Below, piece after piece: positions 36,022 to 45,741 of a DNA stretch of 64,000 nt. The position numbers were made by a program, and so were the translations under genes. Every line of letters starts with the position of its first letter. The first letter of the stretch is position 1. The stretch comes from Zygnema circumcarinatum SAG 698-1b (Eukaryota; Plantae; Zygnematophyceae). The stretch is taken from positions 1,674,001-1,738,000 of the forward strand of contig CM074811.1 in NCBI GenBank assembly GCA_037447605.1. The letters are read 5' to 3'. The notes beneath the pieces were generated by a model. It was not told where the DNA came from. It ran no database searches and saw nothing but the letters and a program-made list of their open reading frames with translations.

Positions 36022-37930
36022 CTACGCCACAACTGCAGTTTTGGCTATGCATTTTTCTTTTTTTTTCCGAGTGAACAAAGAGACGCGCCGACGAGGGATT
36101 CGTTTGGCCGCAACCTTTTTTTGCAGCATTTTCTGACTACTTCCTGCCTTTACCTTTCCGTCCTTTGGCCCTAATGTGTCACTCTCCATGTTATCTGGAC
36201 TATGCCTCACCCCCTTCATCCTTGGCCCTCTGTGGGAAAGGAAAAATATCCTGCAGTTCTTGGTCCTCAGGTAGAAGGAATGGGAGTATTCCCACGCACC
36301 TAGCTAGAGGTGACCGAGAAGTGACTAAGGCAGAGTGACGATGGTCGACCTGGTTGAGTGGATAGCTGGCACAAGAGGGGATGAACGCTGTGGCGTCAGC
36401 TGCAGCGTTTGGACCAGTTGTTTGAGAGATGACGTTTGAAGGTGAGCTCCAAGAGAAGCCCTCTGCTTCTTAACTGCTGAATTGACGAGGCGTGCGGAGT
36501 GCACGAATAGCTCTGCCTGGGAGATGGTCGTTCCATATAGACCCTGAAACCTCTAAAAACCCAGTGCTGCTCTACCACTAGGAAGTTGCATAGGACGAGA
36601 GTGCCAGATCCTAAGGATGTTCATCTATGGACGCTGTGGCATGGCCTCATGCCTGTTATGCACCTTTCGAATCCAGGCGGCGGTTGGTGCATTATGCGCA
36701 TGTGCATGCTCAATGAGAGGAAAGACCGTTGTGGCCCTTGATGACATTGGTCAGAGTTATATTGGGACAGGTTATAGCCATCCACACTGCTGTTGACTGA
36801 ATCGAGTGCGTCGACCATCTAAGTGGCCACACAGACTGGTCCGAACACTAGCGGATGGAAACCACACTACAATAGAGTACCATCTTTTGTTCACGGGTGT
36901 TTTGGAAAGCAACTCGGGATGCGAAATTCTGCTGTGCTGCGCAAATGGAGAGTGGGAAACCTGTTATCCAGAACTTAATTGGGAAAACGAACATAAGATG
37001 AGCGATCAGAACGTGGTATCCACTGTCGTGGGATGTGAACGTAAGTGCGTAGCCACGGCAGCCTGCCGTAGGGTTGAAAATGAAGGACCTGGTCCACCTC
37101 AATGGTCCTCCAACCACCGCTCACAGAACTGCTCAGAAGTGAGACCTCTAATGAAACGCAAACGAGAAAAATATGGATCGTAACATGTCGCTAGACATGG
37201 GTCATGCGAACTGCTGTGCCTTATTCAGAGTGGAAAGAATGGGTCGCATGGGGATGCAGAACATGGGTCGCCTCCCGAGCATCACTATCTCCTCCACGAC
37301 CGAAGCAGGATTATCGTGGACCATTTCGTGCGACCCAGTGGACCAAGACAAGTACCGCCGGTGCCACGACCACATGGACCACTACGCCCACTTAAAGACA
37401 CAGAAATCAAGAAACCGATGGGGCGGGTGCGAAAGGCAAAGATGACTCAGAAAGGTTGCCACGAACTGGTCTGCAGAGAGCTTCTGCAAAAAGAGCCGGC
37501 AACGCAGCAAGGCACACTGCACCAAACCCAGCATATGAAAGCAAGTGGAGCCCGATAGGCGAACGAAGGGAGTGGTTGAAGGAGAGAGGAAAACTCGGTA
37601 TCGACTACTTGCTCCAATATGAGCAATTGCACATAATGAACAGCTTCAACAATCACAGTCGTGACGAGGGCGCAAGTGGAGGAGCACACTGAGGGCAACA
37701 CGAAGGGAAACCTGGAAGGTGAGGTCACCCTCAACAACACGGGCGATAACATATGCCAAAAGCGGGTTATCATAAAAAATGAAACGGCGACAAAGGCAAT
37801 GGCAAGCGCAATAAATAGGGTGAATAAACTGTGGCACCCTGTCATACAACGATTGACCTTTACTTTCCTGCATTGGACAAATCTCAAGCCAAAACTATAG
37901 CAACTTAGAAACGGATGAACTCTACTCACC
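36022..37930 (-). other. Possible unannotated spliced gene with hydrophobic segments
   Basis: TATA-like TATATAAA near 38030, a GTGAGT donor at 37929, a TGCAG acceptor near 37868, a hydrophobic frame (LFTLFIALAIAFVAVSFFMITRF), and further exon-like frames at about 36545-36330 and 36256-36022. I could not assemble a single consistent gene model. Confidence 0.25.
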
Positions 37931-38214
37931 CCTGCTTTAATTGGTACGATTCCGTACCTCCTTTCAAGTTACTTTCTACTTCCTACTTGATCGACAAATG
38001 TCGCAAAGTATATCGCTCTGTGTATATATTTATATAGCACCATTATTTCCAGCTATACTTTGAAAACTGCTGTTAAAGATGCCATAATAACACAAAATTG
38101 TACCATAGCTCGGCATCATAGTCCTCTGTAGAGTGAATCTCACCAACAGGAAAACGAGGACCGATGAGCACCTGCCTCTTGGCGTCATGAATGATGGAGA
38201 ATGCGGATCTCATT

Positions 38215-41200
38215 TTAGTAAACCGCAGTGCATCGAGGCCCCGATTCCCTGTCAGCTGCCAGCAGCTTGTGCAGAGCTGCACCAACAGGGCCCGGCTCTC
38301 CTGCATCCAGCAAAACAGCACACTTCTGTTGGCACAGGCACATTCTCTTGTCTCTTGGATGGAAAATCAGAAGGACGGTCACAGGAAGGGATGGAGGTCT
38401 TCAAAAGCAGAGTATTCTGCATTTCCTTGCAGCAAATGATAGCAGGCGAGGTGAGGTTATTTTCTCGACATTTCCAAGACAGGCCTGAAATGGGTGATGG
38501 ACGTGACATGGGCATCACTGCTGTTCAGGTTCTCCCTCCCCTCCTCTTCCCTTCCTCAGTTTCTCTCTCTTCCTCACCCTTCTCTCTCCCCCTCACTCTT
38601 TCGCTTATGCACGTTTGGAGCCACCGTGTGCATGCTAAGCTTAACGGGTTACGTTCAGCAAACATGCTTACTCACCATTGCCCACAGGAATATCATCCCA
38701 CGCAACCACAGGTTGAACGAGGTTTCCACTGCCAACAAGAAACATTTCAGCAGCTGCTCGGGCATCTTCCAAGGTCACTTTGCATTGCCGAATTTCCCGC
38801 AGCACGCTCCCAACAAGCTGTGGTGCAAGTTCCAGCATGCGGCGAGATGTGCAGCCTGCAAGGATCTGAAGGAATTGCCCAGCCATGGCATCTCAGACAC
38901 GGCAATCACAGACTTGAATGAAAAATTTGCGCTCTGAAGAGTTGAAGCAAACACCCCCTTGGAGTCTACCTTGAAAGAAAAGTTGAATAACTTACTCGAT
39001 CAAACGAGGGGACCAGGAGTACTCCATCTTTTGATACGAACTGTATCCCACCTCGTCCACAAGTAAACAGCCTGGCTATCAGCTACTATGCGGTCGGGGC
39101 AGTGTTAAAGAACAACAGCAACACTTCTGAACCAGCAAAAGTCTAAGACCTCACGCAACTACAGCAATTCAGTGAATATCTGAGTGAAACCAAAGTGAAG
39201 GCTGTAAGCATTGCCGTTCCGTCCACAGATACTGTGAAGTAAGACGAGCTACAGCGAGAGATAGGCTGTCGCACCGCCAGATTCATGTTTGGCCCTTCTG
39301 CGATGTAGCCCTCCTCGTCGAGCCACACCCCCGCGTATGCACCCTTCTGCACTTAAACAGCACCTCGCACTTCGTCACAGTGGAGACCTAACTCAGTGGG
39401 AAAAAAGCCAAGGAGGCTAAATAAAACAAATTTTGGATGTCTTTGTGCTGCTGTGAGTGGGAATTGGGAAGCATGGACTTGCCTCCATAGCTTCCGCCAC
39501 AACTATTGCGTTGGGAAGGTAGTTTGTGCTCTTTATCACTGCAAATTGAGGTGGCTTTATGGGGACAGTTGAGGTAATCTGTCACAAAGTGCAGCACGTC
39601 AGAAAACAAACTTATCAAAGACATTAGAGAAGCAGAGCTACTCGCATGTCCGAGTTGGCCATTGGCTTGAGAAAGTGCTTGTGAAGCTCACCACTTTGAC
39701 GGGTTCACTGTCCAAGTGCTCAGCATCTTCAACTGCAACCGCATAGAAGGTCGATCCAACGCACCTACACCATCGTGATGAACAGATCTTCAGCACTCGC
39801 GGAAGGCACAACCCAATCACGAAAGGGCGAAACGCAAAGCAACAAAATCGCGGAAAGGCGATAAGTGAGGTGGACTACTCTGCACTGCTAAGGTTGAAGC
39901 TGCCAGGGCCAGCGGAGAGGTAGTAGCGCAGGATGCCAACCTGAAGTCTACTTGCTGCCCCATCCAAAAGGCCCCACCTCTCGGCTTTCACGCAGCAACA
40001 ATGGCCAGCCAGCATTTGCAGTTAACTGCGCTTCTGAGTTGCAATAAGAATATCTTCAAAAAGTACACTCCCAGACCAGATGGGCACCTTCGCCAAGCAC
40101 GTCTGTGAGGGAGAGTGAGGATTTAATTTAGAGAGCTCAAAAAATCACTGTGTATGCTAACATATTTGCGAGTCAATTTGCCTATGTGGCTACAAAGGGG
40201 CACACGTGAAAGGAAGCCTGCCTGCTGTAACCTCAATGAGGATCCGACGCAATTCTTCTCGTGAGAAGGGTGGTACAATCCGCGCCAACTTGGCAGACCG
40301 CAGGAGGCGATCCAAATGGACGTCCACTTCATACAGGTGGCTTCACATTGCAATGCCACAAGAAATGCAGGTGCCGCAGGAGAGGGATCATCAATGAATT
40401 TGCAGGGCACGATGACCTCATCCCAGACATATTCAGCCTTCCGTACCGTGAACACATGCTGCATGCAAAAGACAAACGATTCGCCATGCAGCAAAGGAAA
40501 GGTCCATCCCTCGATCTGATGCAGATTTTTGTTTTATTCCAAAGCCACATCAATTGATTGCATGTTTTGTGTCCCTAATTCAATTCGCATTCGCCACCTC
40601 TCACCCGCCCCAAATGCCAGCTGTGTCAAACACGGCGTGGCCTCTGTGAACCATGTGATCGTCCAGCGGCAGCACCATGGCTGCCGGGTCCGTGGTGATG
40701 CCTCCCACCATGCTCGAATACATCGCCTTGTAAACAGCTGTCCCGGGGTGCAGGCGGGCCTTCAGCCTCTCCATGACCTGCACGAGAGGAGTTCGAAGCG
40801 TGGTCGTCACTGAGAGGGTGATTATGCAATATTGATTCACCGCCCTTGCGCAGCTGTAAAGCAAATGGTAAGTTGCCGGTTCAAGGCCTTGAATGAGCTC
40901 CAGTCAAGCAGTGATCAAACACAAGGCGTCTTGCAAAACTTTCGTTTATGCTCCAGTCGGATGATATGCTAATTCCTCCAAATTCCTTTAATTTCAAAGC
41001 TTTTCGAGTCTGCAAAACTGCGGAATCCTTTGCCTTCGTTTTATGATTCCAGGGACACCATCATTGGGCGGAGTGTCACGGAAGTTTATGCGCTATTGAA
41101 CACATTGCATTCAGCATCATTCAGAAGTGCCCATTCTTAGTTTTGCAAATGATTCACGGCATCTGTTAGAGAAGGCTTCCCCCTCCGTCGAGAGAGAGCC

Positions 41201-41445
41201 GCTAGAGAGAGCAACAGCCTCCACTTACTTCGCTGCTAGAAAGAATAGGAATTTCAGTAATCCTTCGCTTTTCTCCACCATCCAGCGACACCGGAGTCTG
41301 AACCTCGCCGTATGATCCTGCACAGACGCGGGCCGCAGGAGCCTCCCGTCATGACTGCGGAATCGCACACTTTAACAAACATCACAATCAAACCGAAAAT
41401 GCAGAGCCATTTCCGCAGCGATCAACCGGCGGCTTCCGCACCCAT
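38215..41445 (-). CDS. DAT1: D-amino-acid transaminase / 4-amino-4-deoxychorismate lyase (PLP fold type IV)
   Basis: AMYSSMVGGITTDPAAMVLPLDDHMVHRGHAVFDTA, LYEMDVHLDRLLRSA, ILRYYLSAGPG, IKPPQFAVIKSTNYLPN, KGAYAGVWLDEEGYIAEGPNMN, EMFLVGSG match plant DAAT. Start inferred at 41445, stop TAA at 38215-38217. Confidence 0.92.
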
Positions 41446-42413
41446 TGCTTCCGCACACCACAGGACGCACGAGTCGCAGCGCACGGAGGCAAGGCGATGG
41501 CGCGAGGGCGAAAGAGCGAGAGGGCGAGAGAGAGAGAGGGAGAGTGAGGGAGGGAGCTCAGCTCACGGAGGGGACTCAGTGGAATCGGCGCCTTCCCAAG
41601 TCCGTCCGTCCATAGGGCCTAGGGTTGGGGGCACGGCCCCGGCCCAATTCGTGCCCCGGGGCACGTGCCCCATGACGTGACCGCATAGAACAGTTAGAAT
41701 CAGACCAGTTACAGTGCGGAGAAGCGTGCGAGTAGTACGAACGGTACGAACAAAAGTGTGGAAAGTGCGAATAATACGAAGAGTACGGAAAGTGTGCCGC
41801 CACATGTGAGCTCCATGTGAGCAGTCACCGTTTCCGGGCCCGGACGTGACGTGGTACGCTGACGTAGGGGGTACGGCGGAGGGGCACGGTTTGACGTGCC
41901 CCGGGGGGCACGAGCGGTCGCGGGCCCCCACGGCCGCCCCAATCCATGGGGCCCCCCCCCTCTCCGTCCGTAGGCGCGCGCGTCGGCGGAGGCGGAGGCG
42001 CGCCATTGGCCGGCGGTGTGACCGTCACATGTCATCCCAATCTGACGGTCCAGATCCAAAGAGAGCTCGCGCGCCCAAAATCCGCATCTATCCATCCATC
42101 CATCCACCCACCACTTGATGGGCGGGCGGGCGGGCGGCCGTGCGGAAGAGCCAGGAAGTACCCAAGTGCTGAAATGGTTCAGAGGGAGTATTTCTTTACG
42201 AGAAGATCGATTTGTGATTGCGGTACTCGTTCTGTTTTCAGATAGAAGGCTTTTCTTCGGAACTACTGTACGACACCGTATTTCCGAAAATCCGTGACCG
42301 TACGGTAGTCGGATGTATTAAGGACCCCGTGTACGGCAAAGATACAGCAAGCGGACGATACGATATTGTACGCAAGCAAGATACGATAATGTACGGTACT
42401 GAGAGATACGATA

Positions 42414-43128
42414 CAGTGGGGGGTCCTCATATTTTCCACCCTGTACAGTGCGCTCCCAAGAAATTCGCCCCGATTTTGCCGAAACCACCTTTTTGTACGG
42501 TAACGCAAATGTTAGCCGTACTGACCGTATTGTCCGTACTATTCGTACTAGCCGTACGAGTTGTAGAATCTTCCCACAGGTGTCCGCCGTAAGAGGCGCT
42601 CGCTCCTCTCCTCGTCTGCTCCATATACCATCCACATCAACCATCTACACGGCAAGCATATTGACTTTAAGAGGTGTTTTGGTATTGAGCGTCGTCCAAG
42701 TCGCACAAGGCACCCGTTTTGTTTCATTGCCGTGGAAGCCCGTCAACCCCCAGCCTAATATTAACTCACTCATTTATTTTATCATGGGTGTGCTCTTCCA
42801 CTATTGATAATTATAGCATCATCAATGAGAAAAACAACGCGAAGAGCGGAAAACTACATGCGATACGATACGGCACGGTACGATAGATACGGTACGATAT
42901 GGTACGATACGGTATGATATTGGACGATACGATACGGAACGGTACGATAGATACTGGACGATATGGTTCGATACGATATGATATTACACGATACGATACG
43001 TACGGACAAACATGAACTCTAACATGGTACCGAAAGCCTATTGGTAACACGAACCTTATATTTGCAAAATCAATATTTTCGCCCCTTTTTGGCCAATACC
43101 ATGGCGAAAATATGAGGACCCCCCACTG
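42414..43128. mobile_element. Non-autonomous Tc1/mariner-like element (715 bp)
   Basis: 23-bp perfect TIR CAGTGGGGGGTCCTCATATTTTC flanked by TA on both sides (42412-42413, 43129-43130). No ORF. Confidence 0.82.
42861..43005. repeat. Degenerate (TACGA)n microsatellite (duplicate at about 44887-45031)
   Basis: CGATACGATACGG...GGTACGATATGGTACGATACGG...GATACGATACGTACG. Confidence 0.85.
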
Positions 43129-43891
43129 TATTGTACATTACGTAGCGATAGGTATTTATACGGTATGTAGAGATACGATATTATAGGATATATCTCGAAT
43201 CGAAATTTCTCGATATACTGCTGCTCGAATGAGCAGTGTCACGTGGAATCCAAGGTCGAATGCCTAAAATGTCGCAAGCGGCAATCCAACGGTCAATTTC
43301 GTTCGTGGTGCCACGTGGCACATCCTCGAGCCAGAATCCGAAAAATTTCATTCGGTCATCAATTTTCGCCCATTCCCCACGCGCCACGTGGCAGCCTAAT
43401 CACCTTGAGCATGAGAACCGCAAGTTTTGCTCCCTTTCTCCCCCAAATCCAATTTTCCCGTACCATACGGCCAGTACAGTACGATTACTTGTCCGTACGG
43501 CTAAGGGTCCGTACGGGACCACCTCCGTGAAATCCGGTCCCTCCAGCTCCCGCCCGTTGGTCCAAAGGGCGCGCGGAGGGATTCAAAGTCGGGGGGAGGG
43601 CAGGGCGGGGGCTGCAGGGGCAGGGGCTGCATCCCTGCACTGATGATGCGGATGTTGGAATAGAGGAAGGGAGGTTATTTCAAAGGGAGGGAGGAAGGAA
43701 TTGATAGGGAGGACCATGGGACGCTGGTCGTCTGTTTTCAAAGGTTCCGGTGAGAGTCCAAGGCTTGACGGCGATGGGCGGGAGAGTGGTAAAGAGGCTC
43801 GGCGCTCTGCACTGGCGCCAGAAAACAGGATAAAGGTCTATCAGAGGCGAGAGGTGCCTCAAAGAAAACTAGTCGAGCATAAGGATGGTGG

Positions 43892-43901
43892 NNNNNNNNN
43901 N
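43892..43901. other. Assembly gap (10 N)
   Basis: Run of ten N. Confidence 1.
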
Positions 43902-44437
43902 GGAGGGGCACGGTTTGACGTGCCCCGGGGGGCACGAGCGGTCGCGGGCCCCCACGGCCGCCCCAATCCATGGGGCCCCCCCCCTCTCCGTCCGTAGGCG
44001 CGCGCGTCGGCGGAGGCGGAGGCGCGCCATTGGCCGGCGGTGTGACCGTCACATGTCATCCCAATCTGACGGTCCAGATCCAAAGAGAGCTCGCGCGCCC
44101 AAAATCCGCATCTATCCATCCATCCATCCACCCACCACTTGATGGGCGGGCGGGCGGGCGGCCGTGCGGAAGAGCCAGGAAGTACCCAAGTGCTGAAATG
44201 GTTCAGAGGGAGTATTTCTTTACGAGAAGATCGATTTGTGATTGCGGTACTCGTTCTGTTTTCAGATAGAAGGCTTTTCTTCGGAACTACTGTACGACAC
44301 CGTATTTCCGAAAATCCGTGACCGTACGGTAGTCGGATGTATTAAGGACCCCGTGTACGGCAAAGATACAGCAAGCGGACGATACGATATTGTACGCAAG
44401 CAAGATACGATAATGTACGGTACTGAGAGATACGATA

Positions 44438-45154
44438 CAGTGGGGGGTCCTCATATTTTCCACCCTGTACAGTGCGCTCCCAAGAAATTCGCCCCGATTT
44501 TGCCGAAACCACCTTTTTGTACGGTAACGCAAATGTTAGCCGTACTGACCGTATTGTCCGTACTATTCGTACTAGCCGTACGAGTTGTAGAATCTTCCCA
44601 CAGGTGTCCGCCGTAAGAGGCGCTCGCTCCTCTCCTCGTCTGCTCCATATACCATCCACATCAACCATCTACACGGCAAGCATATTGACTTTAAGAGGTG
44701 TTTTGGTATTGAGCGTCGTCCAAGTCGCACAAGGCACCCGTTTTGTTTCATTGCCGTGGAAGCCCGTCAACCCCCAGCCTAATATTAACTCACTCATTTA
44801 TTTTATCATGGGTGTGCTCTTCCACTATTGATAATTATAGCATCATCAATGAGAAAAACAACGCGAAGAGCGGAAAACTACGTATGCGATACGATACGGC
44901 ACGGTACGATAGATACGGTACGATATGGTACGATACGGTATGATATTGGACGATACGATACGGAACGGTACGATAGATACTGGACGATATGGTTCGATAC
45001 GATATGATATTACACGATACGATACGTACGGACAAACATGAACTCTAACATGGTACCGAAAGCCTATTGGTAACACGAACCTTATATTTGCAAAATCAAT
45101 ATTTTCGCCCCTTTTTGGCCAATACCATGGCGAAAATATGAGGACCCCCCACTG
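44438..45154. mobile_element. Same Tc1/mariner-like element within duplicate copy 2
   Basis: Identical TIRs and TA TSD. Confidence 0.8.
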
Positions 45155-45335
45155 TATTGTACATTACGTAGCGATAGGTATTTATACGGTATGTAGAGAT
45201 ACGATATTATAGGATATATCTCGAATCGAAATTTCTCGATATACTGCTGCTCGAATGAGCAGTGTCACGTGGAATCCAAGGTCGAATGCCTAAAATGTCG
45301 CAAGCGGCAATCCAACGGTCAATTTCGTTCGTGGT

Positions 45336-45418
45336 GCCACGTGGCACATCCTCGAGCCAGAATCCGAAAAATTTCATTCGGTCATCAATTTTCGCCCATT
45401 CCCCACGCGCCACGTGGC
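45336..45418. promoter_or_regulatory. Two palindromic G-boxes (GCCACGTGGC) upstream of haspin (also at 43310 and 43383)
   Basis: Exact 10-mers at 45336-45345 and 45409-45418, about 320-400 bp before the haspin ATG. They could alternatively be transposon-derived. Confidence 0.45.
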
Positions 45419-45741
45419 AGCCTAATCACCTTGAGCATGAGAACCGCAAGTTTTGCTCCCTTTCTCCCCCAAATCCAATTTTCCCGTACCATACGGCCAG
45501 TACAGTACGATTACTTGTCCGTACGGCTAAGGGTCCGTACGGGACCACCTCCGTGAAATCCGGTCCCTCCAGCTCCCGCCCGTTGGTCCAAAGGGCGCGC
45601 GGAGGGATTCAAAGTCGGGGGGAGGGCAGGGCGGGGGCTGCAGGGGCAGGGGCTGCATCCCTGCACTGATGATGCGGATGTTGGAATAGAGGAAGGGAGG
45701 TTATTTCAAAGGGAGGGAGGAAGGAATTGATAGGGAGGACC

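Larger units (their letters stand above)
41878..43891 (+). repeat. 2.0-kb direct duplication, copy 1 (left of N gap)
   Basis: Identical to 43902-45917 apart from a 2-bp indel (ACTACATGCG vs ACTACGTATGCG) as far as I can see. Confidence 0.95.
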
